Origin: Octopus sinensis | Taxonomy: Eukaryota | DNA: 36,855 nt | Direction of reading: 5' to 3' | Assembly: GCF_006345805.1 (NCBI RefSeq) | Contig: NW_021836810.1 | Span: 1 to 36,855 of the forward strand | In this document: positions 1 to 11,248 of the stretch, in pieces | Numbering within the stretch: position 1 is the first letter of the stretch | How the letters are laid out: each line of letters opens with the position of its first letter | The notes under the pieces: generated by a model | Told to the model about the DNA's origin: nothing | What the model saw: the letters and a program-made list of their open reading frames with translations, nothing else | Databases searched by the model: none | Translations under genes and position numbers: made by a program

Positions 1-66
1 TGTAGTGTGTGATGTGTGTATGTGTGTGTGTGTGGTGTGTGTGTGTGGTTGTGTGTGTGTGTGTGT
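1..66. repeat. (GT)n microsatellite, imperfect
   Basis: Directly visible. Confidence 0.95.
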
Positions 67-74
67 GCGCGGTG

Positions 75-255
75 GTGTGCTCTCTTGGTTTTGTGGGAGT
101 AAAAACGACTAAAGCCGCAATGTCCGCCCCGCTCTCACCTGGACGTGACGCCAGTCCATTGTAGTGTTAACTTAGCAGCTGTTACTGATATGTATCTTGA
201 ACTAAGTGGATTGGAGCAACAAGAATCGAAATGCTTTGCTCAAGAACACGTGTGA
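75..255 (-). mobile_element. Diverged SINE fragment with V/Meta-type central domain
   Basis: Minus strand reads gtgttcttgagcaaagc...ttgctccaatccactt...caatggactggcgtcacgtccagg. The first part matches the copies at 16457-16716 and 28537-28812. The domain name is from recalled consensus. Confidence 0.45.
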
Positions 256-1011
256 TCGTGTGAAGCGAATGCCGTCACCCACTAAGTCGCAGATGTTTTT
301 ATAAGAAACCAACACAACTCACAGCATCGCAATGTAACAATTTTAAGTGAATACATTTATATTTAACATGTCTGAGTAGATTAAATGGGGAAAGATCTTG
401 GCTGCGGAGACTGTCTTGGGAGAGCAATTCTCATTACAGACAACGTTAATGAGAAAGCACTTCCTACTGCACTACGAATGACGTCATCGGACCTTAGGAA
501 ATAAATAATACTGATTAGTAATTACTAAATAATGATAATTAGGATAATTGAACATGGCTGGTTTCCCCTAGGATTCATGCAAACGATTCGAGCAACTTGT
601 TTACAAGAGAACAGAACCAAATACAGCAAGACTCCATTGATAGACTTTTATATGTTTTTCTGCGTTTAACTTGGACGACATTCTCTCTTTTAAGTATGGA
701 ATTTTTGTTAGCTGCTATCTTTAGCAAACAAATTGACTGCATAGACAGTGGATCTATTAATTGTTGCTGTCTCGTCTCTTTTGTCAGAACGCAAACGGGT
801 ATAATTAAAGGCGTTCTAGTCGTGACCATCCATCTTTTTGTACTTCAGATACTATATAGTCCAATGTCCCCCTTTTTTAAGACAGTAAGGTGTGTTCTGG
901 GAAGTGATTTGGTTGTTGTTTCTAGCAGTTCGAAAGACCACTTCTAAAGGATTGGTCGTTAGTTACCACGTAACGGCTCCCTCATTGATTTTTTAAAACT
1001 AAGATTTTTTT

Positions 1012-1583
1012 CTTCTCTAGGCACAAGGCCCTAAATTTTAGGGGAGACGGCCAGTCGATAAGATCGACCCCAGTATGCAACTGGTAGTCAATTTATCGAC
1101 CCCGAAAGGATGAAAGGCAAAGTCGACCTCGGTGGAATTTAAACTCAGAACGTAGCGGCAGACGAAATACCTATTTCTTTACTACCCACAAGGGACTAAA
1201 CAGAGAGAGGACAAACAAAGACAAACAAAACGGATTAGTCGATTATATCGACCTCAGTGCGTAACTGGTAGTTATTTAATCGACCCCGAAAGGATGACAG
1301 GTAAAGTCTACCTCGGCGGAATTGAACTCAAAACGTAAAGACAGACGAAATACCTATTTCTTTACTACCCACAAGGGGCTAAACACAGAGAGAACAAACA
1401 AGGACAGACAAACGGATTAAGTCGATTAAATCGACCCCAATGCGTAACTGGTACTTATTTAATCGACCTCGAAAGGATGAAAGGCAAAGTCGACCTCGGC
1501 GGAATTTGAACTCAGAACGTAACAGCAGACGAAATGCCGCTAAGCATTTCACCCGGTGTGCTAACGTTTCTGCCAGCTCGTGG
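1012..1583 (-). mobile_element. tRNA-derived SINE concatemer: one head, 3 body units, one tail
   Basis: gtcgat recurs at 1054, 1238 and 1421 (period 184, 183). On the minus strand there is one A-box-like head (gagctggcagaaacgttagcac) and a B-box-like gttcaaattcc in each unit. The body gaggtcgactttgcctttcatcctttcggggtcg resembles a Nin/Deu-type domain (recalled). Confidence 0.85.
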
Positions 1584-2296
1584 CCATACTGTCTTTTATG
1601 AAGACTGTAGAATATGAAATGCGGGACAGTGACATTGGTATATTAAATTCTTCCTGTTTTTCAAGACAATAGGATGAGTGTTGTGCTAAGCTTGCCATCT
1701 TTGATTGCGTGTAGATCAGGGATTCTATACTTAAATGTGTGATTACGGAGAAATTTAAGTGATTATTTCTGACCTTCGATCAAAATCTGCCATCTGGGTT
1801 TGCGAATATCAGGGATTCCATACCCTCATCATTCATTTCGTTCTAAATGCAGTAGTTTGAGACATGTGGGGTTTTGACTGCTATTTCTGTCAGTTCGCTC
1901 TATTACGTAGAGTCTCCATGAGTTGTACGGTTTCAGATGTAGTATAGCTATGACCGAGCGACCTTTGATAAACGACTGTCAAACCGTGACTGTCCTGTCT
2001 ATTGTGATGATACACAATATATTATCCAATACAGACTTTTTTCAAAGACTTTACATCAACGTATGATTTGAAGGGGGATAAGACTGCTATTTCTAATACG
2101 TCGACAATTCATTCAAAGGTTGCGCCATTTTAAGGGTTTAACAGAGCAGAATCTATGATGAAAGGCGTTCAGAATGTGACCTCCTGTCTTGTTAGAATGT
2201 ATTCTACATTATTCAATATGTCCACACTTTTTTCAAGATTGCACTGTGTCGTTAGTGATATTTGCTGACCATTGTAGTAGTTCTAGCGAGCGATTA

Positions 2297-2491
2297 ATCA
2301 CACACACACTCCCGCACGCACACACAAACACACATACACACAAACACACACACGCACACACAAACACACACACACACATGCAGGCACACACGCACGCATG
2401 CACGCACGCACAAACACACACACACGTACGCACACACACACATGCACACACAAACACACGCACACACACACACAAGCACACGCACACACAC
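2297..2491. repeat. Degenerate (CA)n/(CACG)n microsatellite
   Basis: Directly visible; source of four spurious ORFs. Confidence 0.95.
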
Positions 2492-2954
2492 TTTCATGAA
2501 AGTGAATTTTTATCTTATGGCCCGAGTTTCATGCCCAAGCGAACAGCAGGTGAGAACGTCTGAAGATTATAACGAAGTGAAACTCGATTCGCAAGATAAA
2601 CATTTAGTTTGAAGAAACCATGAAACCATTTATTCTAACCATAATTTCGACACTCCCCTTTCGTTGATTCCACAGAACTGAAGGCTTGTGCATGCGCACA
2701 CGTACATTCTCACACACTCACATATTTATATATGCGTGCGCGTGCTTGTATGTGTATGTATGTATCTGTGCGTGTATGCAAGCATATATAGTATACATAA
2801 ATAGAGAGAGAGAGAAGAGAAGAGAAAGAGAGAGGAAGAGAGAGAAAGAAGAGAAAAGCAAGATGGAGATAGTGTTTTTCTCAAGTTACAGTTGCCAGTG
2901 AAGTTACATATTTCTTGAAACTAAAGACTATTTTGGGTATGTGTGCATGTGCGC

Positions 2955-3013
<59 letters not shown>

Positions 3014-3364
3014 TATATATATATATATATAGATATATATATATAATATCATATATACATATATACATATATATAAATATATATAACATATATATAAACT
3101 TTATATACATATATATATCTATATATGTACAGATTATATATATCTATATATATATATATTATAATACATATATATGCATGATATATATATATCGTATATA
3201 TATATATATATGTATATAATATATATCTATATCTTATCTATATATATATATATTATATATTATATATATACATATATATGCATATATATAATATATATAA
3301 TATATATATATACATATATTGCATATATATAATATATATACTATATATATGATGTATATATATC

Positions 3365-3395
<31 letters not shown>

Positions 3396-3541
3396 ATATA
3401 TATGCATATGTATTATATATATATGCATATTAATATATATATATATGTATATATATATATACATAAATATATATATTCATATATATAATATATAATATAT
3501 ATGTATATGTATATATATATACATAATATATATATAAATTA
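2955..3541. repeat. Long degenerate (TA)n tract
   Basis: Directly visible, about 590 bp. Confidence 0.95.
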
Positions 3542-3644
3542 TTAGAGAGTTATCCACTATGTGATAACTCTAGTGCTAAAATAGCTCCGAAGCAACCACA
3601 GAAGATCGTGTGTATATATACACACACACACATACAACACACAC

Positions 3645-3681
<37 letters not shown>

Positions 3682-3971
3682 CATAGATATATACATTTAC
3701 ATATACACATGTATATACATATACATATGTATATATACACATATACACATATACATACATATATTTATATATATATATATATGCAAATACATGTATATAT
3801 ATATATTTATATATATACAAATATATATATATGTATATGTATATGTATATATAGATATAGATACAATGTGTTTTGTGTGTTTGTGTGTGTGTAGTATGTA
3901 CACACAAAAAATGCACTTAGCGCAAAGCTTGAAAGATATTTGAGACGTTATTAATATTTGCTACAGGGTTG

Positions 3972-3988
3972 GTGTGTGTGTTTATGTG

Positions 3989-4054
<66 letters not shown>
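3972..4054. repeat. (GT)n microsatellite
   Basis: Directly visible. Confidence 0.95.
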
Positions 4055-4058
<4 letters not shown>

Positions 4059-4522
4059 GTTCTAACACGTCGTATCTGTAATTGGTGATATGTAAATATG
4101 ACGGCTCTAAACGTTGCAACAACAAAACAAGCAAAAGCCGTTGTTTTTGTTTTTTTTTCCCCTTAACACCTCTTGCTGCTGTTTTGCCTCATGTTGCTAC
4201 CAACACCTTTTCTCCGTTTCCTCTATCTGATTGAAAGCCTGTTGCAAAGCTTAGATTTCTTCCTTTATATACAAACACTATATATATACATACATACTTA
4301 TATCTTTATATCTCGAACGAGACCACCCAAGATCTCAAGATTATAATCCGACATCAAGTCATGAGATCAACAATTTCAAACAAAAGGCTTTTCTTGTATC
4401 GTAATTAACACAATTATATCATAATTAATAGTTGTTGTCATTGATTCCTTCATCTGTCCCAAATGACTTTACAGAGAAGCTATTAAGAGACAGCTTGTCG
4501 GCGCACGATACTTATAATCTTG

Positions 4523-4729
4523 TATTCTTTTACTTGCGTTAGTCATTACTCTGCGGCCATGCTGGAGCACCGCCTTGAAGAATTTTAGCAGAACGAATCG
4601 AACTCAGGACTTAAGCTTTTATATTAGGCTCGGTCCTTATTCTATCGTTCTCTTTTGCCAACACGCTAAGTTACGGAGAAGTAAATACAACAAGACTGGT
4701 TGTCAAGCGGTGTTCGGGACAACCGCACA

Positions 4730-4778
<49 letters not shown>

Positions 4779-4943
4779 CACACACAGAGGTTTCTTTTAG
4801 TTTCTGTCAACCAAATCCACTCACAAGGCTTTGGTTGGACCAAGACTATGGAAGAAGACACTTGCTCAAGGTGCCACTCAGTGAGACTGAACCTGGAACC
4901 ATGTGGTTGGGAAGCAAGCTCCTGACAACACAGCTACTCCTGT
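4523..4943 (-). mobile_element. Full-length tRNA-derived SINE with CORE-like segment and internal (GT)n
   Basis: Minus strand: A-box-like tagctgtgttg, B-box-like ggttcagtc, ggcaccttgagcaagtgtctt, central microsatellite, 3' half ending agtaaaagaata. Many paralogues in this window. Confidence 0.85.
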
Positions 4944-5064
4944 GTTTTCAACACTAATAGAAACGGTTGGGCGAAGATGGTGTTGACAGAATCGGTAGAT
5001 CACAAGAGAAAGTATATTGTATTATCATCTAACGGTTCGTTTTTTAAGGCGGGGGAGGGGGGAT

Positions 5065-5635
5065 CTGGCAGAATCGTTAGCACGCCGAGCAAAATACTTA
5101 GAGGTATTTCGTCTGTCTTCATGTTCTGAGTTCAAATTCTGCCGGGGTTGACTTTGCCTTTCACCCTTTTGGCGTCGATAAATTAAGTACCAGTAACGCA
5201 ATGGGGTCGATATAATCGACTTAATCCGTTTGTCTGTCTTTGTTTGTCCTCTCTATGTTTAGCCCCTTGTGGAGAGTATATAAATAGGTATTTCGTCTGC
5301 CGTTACGTTCTGAGTTCAAATTCCGCCGAGGTCGATTTTGCCTTTCATCCTTTCGGGATCGATAAATTAAGTACCAGTTACGCACTGGAGTCGATATAAT
5401 CGACTTAATCCGTTTGTCTGTCCCTGTTTGTCCCCTCTTTGTGTAGCTCCTTGTGGGCAGTAAAGAAATAGGTATTTCGTCTGTATTTACGTTCTGAGTT
5501 CACATTCTGCCGGGATCGACTTTGCCTTTCATCCTTTTCGGGTCAATAAATTAAGTACCAGTATCGCACTGGAGTCAATGTAATCGGCTGGTTTTCTCCC
5601 ACAAAATGTCAGTCCTTGTGCCTAAAGTAGAAAGG
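5065..5635 (+). mobile_element. tRNA-derived SINE concatemer: one head, 3 body units, one tail
   Basis: ggtatttcgtctg at 5103, 5287 and 5471 (period 184). Head ctggcagaatcgttagcac; tail ccttgtgcctaaagtagaaag. Confidence 0.88.
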
Positions 5636-5660
5636 ATTAATATTTAATGTTTTAAAGCGT

Positions 5661-5855
5661 TTAGCGGGCAGAAAGGTTAGCGCGCTAAACAAAATGCTTA
5701 ACGTCGTTTCGTCCAACTTTACGTTCTGAGTTCAAATTCCACCGAGGTCAACTTTGTCTTTCATCCACTCGGGGTCGATAAAATTAGTACCAGTTGAACA
5801 CTGGGGTATATGTAATCGACTTTCTCCCTCCCTCCAAAATTTCAGGCCTTGTGTC
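5661..5855 (+). mobile_element. Monomeric copy of the same Nin-like SINE
   Basis: Head, gttctgagttcaaattcc, body and tail aaaatttcaggccttgtg, with no internal linker. Confidence 0.75.
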
Positions 5856-5950
5856 GCTCCGGGGGTATTCGGTTCAAACCCGGTCAATATCAACTTTGCC
5901 TTTACCTTCCTTCCGGCCTGATCGATAAAATAAGTACCAGTTGAAATACT
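5856..5950 (+). mobile_element. Variant SINE fragment (B box plus Nin-like body)
   Basis: ggttcaaacccggtc...caactttgcctttacc...cgataaaataagtaccagttg. Confidence 0.5.
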
Positions 5951-6435
5951 TTATCGTATTATTGGAACTCCTTTGCTTTAATCCAAATTAGTAACACCTT
6001 GAGTATGTTATAAATGATTTTAGCTTACTAAAATTGTCAGGTTTCGGGCCATGATAACGGGGCAGGTTTCAGTTTTCGCGGTCAGCAATTTATTTCAATC
6101 TCGCCGTTAAATAACCTCAAGAAATACAAAACGCTTCTGCTGTGTCTATTGAGAACGTAATTAGTTTTTATTCACAAGTTTTAAAATATATCGAAACATC
6201 AAAAAGCATCGTATTTTGTTTGGCAGAGATTATCAGCTGCAGATTCTATATGTGAATAAACAACTTGGAACTCTGATTATCAAGTGTTACAGCTTTAAGA
6301 AGTTTAATTATAACTTATATTTGGCAATCAATTTTTACACCGACCCACATCCTCTTACACACACACACACATGGGTATGTGTGTATATGTATGTGTGTGT
6401 GCGTGTATATATATGTATGCATATATGCATATACG

Positions 6436-6510
<75 letters not shown>

Positions 6511-6651
6511 TGTGTTAGTGTATGAATGTATATGTGTGTGTGTGTGTGCTTATTCTTAAAAAGTATAGACTAACCCTTCAGGTTAATACAAAATTGTTTT
6601 TATTATAGCTAAGGATAAACACACACAGACACGGACACACACACACACACA

Positions 6652-6686
<35 letters not shown>

Positions 6687-6913
6687 AAATATATATATAT
6701 CTAATACTACTTACTAGTGCAAATTCATTATTTTTAGAAATGACTGCTGTAAACATCAAAGCAAATTATAAGTAAAATATTAGGAAATTGTGAAAATGAA
6801 TCATTAATTGATGAAATTATGAAGTTTATTAAAACAAAACCAGGTCAACTTGAAATATAAAATGGCAGCCAGACTTGAATTAAGAAACAAAAGTACTTTA
6901 TTTCATTAAGTTG

Positions 6914-7296
6914 TCTTTTATCTTTTACTTGTTTCAGTCACTAGACTGCTGCCATTCTGGGGCACATCCTTGAAGAATTTTTAGTTGAATGAATCGACCT
7001 ATAATTTTAAAGCCTTGTACTTATTCTATCGAGCTCTTTTGCCGAAATGTTAAGTTACGGGAACTTAAACACACGAACGCTAGTTATCTAGCAATGGGAG
7101 TAACAAACACAGACACAAAATCACACACACACACAACGAGATTCTTTCAGTTTCCGTCTACCAAATTCACTCACAAGCTTTTTGTCAGCCCAAGGTTATA
7201 GTAGAAGACATTTGCCCAAAGTGCCGCGCAGTGGGACTGAACCCAGAACCATTCGGTTAGGAAGAAAATGTATTACCACGCAGCCAAGCCGGTGCC
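6914..7296 (-). mobile_element. Full-length CORE-like SINE with internal microsatellite
   Basis: Colinear with 4523-4943. Confidence 0.82.
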
Positions 7297-7384
7297 TACG
7301 GAATTAATGAGTATTTAGAATGATGTTTGACATTTTAAAACACAATGTTTATTTATTTTATCTTTGGGTCTAGAGAGAAATCAG

Positions 7385-7595
7385 TACATCTGATCTTTTA
7401 CAGGATTTGAGCTCAGAATGCGAAAAGCCGGAACAAATACTTCAATGCACCCAGTCCGACGTTCATACAACATCGTCTCCCGAAAGGATGAAAACGATGT
7501 TGTCCTCGGTAGGATTTGAACTCGGTTCGCCGCGAGTTAGAACAGTGAATTCCACAAATCTTATCTGACACTCTAACGACTCTGCCAGTTCGATG
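7385..7595 (-). mobile_element. Rearranged, diverged Nin-like SINE fragments
   Basis: ccgaaaggatgaaaac...cctcggtaggatttgaactc and ctaacgactctgccagttcg match the family head and body. Confidence 0.5.
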
Positions 7596-8164
7596 CTAGC
7601 AATGATGATGATGATGACGATGATGATGATGTGGTGGTGGTGGTGGTGAGGAGGTGCTGCTGCTGCTGCTGCTGAATATGATGACGATACACATGGACGC
7701 ACATACAACTTAAACGTATACATGAACACATATACAACCCCAATTGGTGTGTCGAATGTGATTAAGTGACGCGTAAGTAAAGATAAAGGAGAAACTCGGG
7801 AAAGAGGTCATATCTGGAGAGGTTAAAAGTACTTTTGTTGGGGAATCAAATGGAGAGCGAAAGTACTGTTGTCGGAATCAAATGGAGAGCGATCACGCTC
7901 CTCCGTACTTTGCACCTTCCATCGTCTCCACCACCAACTATCATCTTATGCAACTTAAGACGATTTAATCTCCTGATCTTTTCCACACGTCTCCACCCAT
8001 GCAAACGAGGAAAATATTTTCTTTGTGGCATTTTGACTAAAACTATGTTCGTCCTCACCTGAACGCGTTCCCGGAACCTTTAGATACTCCTACATGACAG
8101 CTTCTACGAAAAGAGATATTTTTACAATTTTTATGCAGTTCCTCCTAATATTTTATTACGGTTT

Positions 8165-8548
8165 CAAATTTTGCCACAAGGAAAGCAATTGAGGGACAAG
8201 TCGATTACATCGACCCCAGTGCGTAACTGGTACTTAATTTATCGACCCCGAAAGGATGAAAGGCAAAATCGACCTCGGCGGAATTTGCACTCTGAACGTA
8301 ACGACGGGCGAAATACCTATTTCTTTACTACCCACAAGGGGCTAAACACAGAGAGGACAAACAAGGACAGACAAACGGATTAAGTCGATTATATCGACCC
8401 AGTGCGTAACTGGTACTTATATAATCGACCCCGAAAGGATGAAAGGCAAAGTCGACCTCGGTGGAATTTGAACTCAGAACGTAGCGGCAGACGAAATACC
8501 GCAAAGCATTTCTTCCAGTGTGCTATCTATTCTACCAGCTCGCTGCCT
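8165..8548 (-). mobile_element. tRNA-derived SINE concatemer: one head, 2 body units, variant tail
   Basis: gtcgatt at 8200 and 8384 (period 184); same linker as the arrays at 1012-1583 and 5065-5635. Confidence 0.87.
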
Positions 8549-9656
8549 TACACAATTATGATTAATTATAATGATATAATAGGATTTTTTAAAACATCGA
8601 ATAGCTATGAGAGTCCAGAGGAATAAAATAGACAGAAAATGGTTGAGGGCCACTGACTCAAATTAAGGACAGCATGGTGTCCTTAGCAGCACCAAGGGAC
8701 TTTCCAAACCGATGTTCCCAGACGTCTATGGAAATAGCCGGCCTTTTTATCAAACGACTTCTCAATATGTGAGGCTTCTTTCCCATATAACCTTTCCCAC
8801 CCCTTAAATAATTAAAAGGGCCTCACTTCGCTACTACTTCTACCTACATCAATTAAATGTTTCCCTATCTCCTAAAATTTCCCCCATCTCATCGTTGCAA
8901 CTGTTTCATCCCAAACGCTTTTCGCTATAAATGACGCCCATCTGCTTTTCTTTCCGCAGCAATCAATGTTTCACCACACTTCTCGCCTTTTTATTCGTTT
9001 ACTCAATCAAGACCGTTTCTCAGAAGATCCTTAACGCTTCTAAATTCACCCCCAACGTTATTAATTTATAACAAGCTGTATAGATTAATCCGTTCAAAAT
9101 ATATACGTAACATACACACAAACACACACACTCACACACATTCTCCGTTGTAACTGGAACAAAAAAGACGTGTTCTTGTTTGTCTCCTATCCTAGCTTGA
9201 TTTACGCGTTCGCCACCACAACCTCGTTAAGGCTTAGCGGCCCTTCCTGTTTGTTTTCACGGTCCTGTTTGTGTTACCAATTTTGACTCTCCGCAAAATC
9301 CCATATTTTATTAAATTAGCTTTGAGAGAGCAACTCTTTTATCGAAAGCGTATATTGTTGTTAAATGCTCGAAATACGAGACTAGAGAAACAGCCAACAA
9401 TTGATGAAGGATCCTTCTTATGTTGTTTGTTTTGCTTTCCATTTGTGTCTTTCATTGTTTGAAAGAATAGTTCATATTCCATGTACTTGTGCTCCGTACT
9501 TATTTGATGTACACGTTTCATGACTTCCTGTGCCCACATATGCATATATATATATGTACACGTGTAGATGTAAGCATGTACATACACGTACCTATATATG
9601 CATATTTATAATATAATTATTTAATATTATATTATATATATATATATTATATATAT

Positions 9657-9688
<32 letters not shown>

Positions 9689-9769
9689 CAGACACAGACA
9701 TCTAATATAATATTATATATATATATAGATATATATATTTAGATATATATATATATATAACTTAAGAAA

Positions 9770-10032
9770 ATATAGAGATAATAAATTTGTATTTATTAAT
9801 TAAAATTGACAAACATTCCTTACAGCTGTTTCAATTCTAGACCTTTAGAAAATTAATAAAATTAAAAATTATTTGAAAATCGAGTCTCTTCAGAAGTAGC
9901 TTAAGATATACAAAATAGGTATTCAATTGAAAGAAATACGGTAACTTATTTAAGTGTGTCAGTGTAGATGTAGAAACATGTGTATGTACGTATGTATGTA
10001 TTTACATATATAGTTAAGTAGATAAATATATA
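9770..10032 (-). mobile_element. AT-rich repeat family A, possible Penelope-like terminal repeat
   Basis: 9770-9925 is homologous to both arms of 20701-21023; 9925-10032 has an inverted copy at 11249-11362. The Penelope assignment is inferred from the hammerhead-like motif and inverted arrangement. Confidence 0.55.
9815..9900 (-). ncRNA. Candidate type I hammerhead ribozyme
   Basis: Minus strand: ctt-CTGAAGA-GACTC-(about 44 nt, AT-rich)-GAATT-GAAA-CAGCTG-TA-AGG. Core nucleotides are intact, helix III is the palindrome ACAGCTGT, and the triplet is GUA. Helix I is only 3 bp. Confidence 0.45.
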
Positions 10033-11248
10033 CGGCTGCAAACCGTTAACTGATAAAATTTATGCATAAAGAACATAGTATAAAATACGTTTCGAGCCTA
10101 CGCTCTTCGACAGAAAGATCACGAGAAAAAAACAAGGAGAGAACAAGGAGAGAAAAAATGCGTGTAGGAGCTAACGATCTAATATATATATATATATATA
10201 ATATATATAATATATATATATATAATAATATCTATAGGTAAACAGTAAAACTAATTACAGACATGGACAAGAACAATGAAACACCACAGAGACGACACAA
10301 GAACCCCAGACGGGACATTCGAAGCCTCAGTCATCATCAAGAACCAGATCATCTTAGCAATTTCGGCTGATTAATCTTGAGATTGCTCCGATATGGCCAG
10401 CCCGCCAAGGGAAATCTAACCAAGCGCATAATCCCCTGGAAGAAAGCTTCGAATTTATACAACACGAGGACGGAAAACGAACGAAGTACACGACAAAAAT
10501 ACAGAATACGTGACACCAATAAGAATACAAAAACGTAAAAAACATAACGGTAAAAATAAAAATAAACAACAAAACAAAAACCAGACGTAGGACAAGGGTC
10601 TTTCGACAGGACGAGTTGAGTATGGGGCTGGCTTGTGAAGTTGTGCCTAATGGCCGCAGGGAGACGAACAAATACGTGCTTGCTTCTGCGACTGCTGAAA
10701 CGAAAAGAGCGCTCAACAGCGGCTAGCGGTCACGTGAGAACAATACAGGAGAAAGGGACAGATGAAAAGAGAGAGAAGTGGACGAGGGAGGAGAAGAAAG
10801 AGACAGATCGAGGGGTCTGGAGGTGAGATATATATATTATATATATACACAAGTACATATATATACATATATATATATTCATACACACACACATATATAC
10901 ATATATATATATGTAGATATTCATACACACACATATCTACATACATACATACATGCATACATACATACATACATACATATATACATCCATACATACATAC
11001 ATACATATGTATGTATATATGTATGTATGTATATATATATACAGAAGAGTGAGAATCTTAAATATGTATCCTCTGTTAATCAGAAATTACTTGAAATTAC
11101 CAATATTTCTACTTCGCAGTTAATAATTTAGCTTACTTAAATATGACTGTACACAACACACACACACATACACACAAACACACACACACACACACACATA
11201 TGCACATGCATATATACGCACACACTCACACACACACGCATATGTATC

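Noticed and set aside
575-829. 84-aa minus ORF with PLSMQSICLLKIA resembling a SOCS/BC box
   Set aside because: The match is short, with no supporting domain or splice context. Adjacent frames have many stops, suggesting decayed TE sequence.
1054-1535. 184-bp arrays as CRISPR or as retrozymes with a hammerhead
   Set aside because: The linkers are near-identical rather than unique spacers, there are no cas genes, and I found no hammerhead core on either strand of the unit.
1599-1652. KNLIYQCHCPAFHILQS on the minus strand as a Penelope GIY-YIG remnant cut by the SINE array
   Set aside because: Suggestive, but the YIG motif is not intact and I could not follow it across the insertion. It needs TBLASTN or HMM support.
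2550-2600. ctgaagattataacgaagtgaaac as a hammerhead
   Set aside because: No helix II closing pair and no helix I or III.
5065-5150. SINE heads as tRNA genes
   Set aside because: A and B boxes are present, but there is no complete cloverleaf and the sequence continues into SINE bodies.
10354-10716. 120-aa hydrophobic minus-strand ORF as a membrane protein
   Set aside because: The hydrophobicity comes from an A-rich plus-strand tract; no recognisable family.
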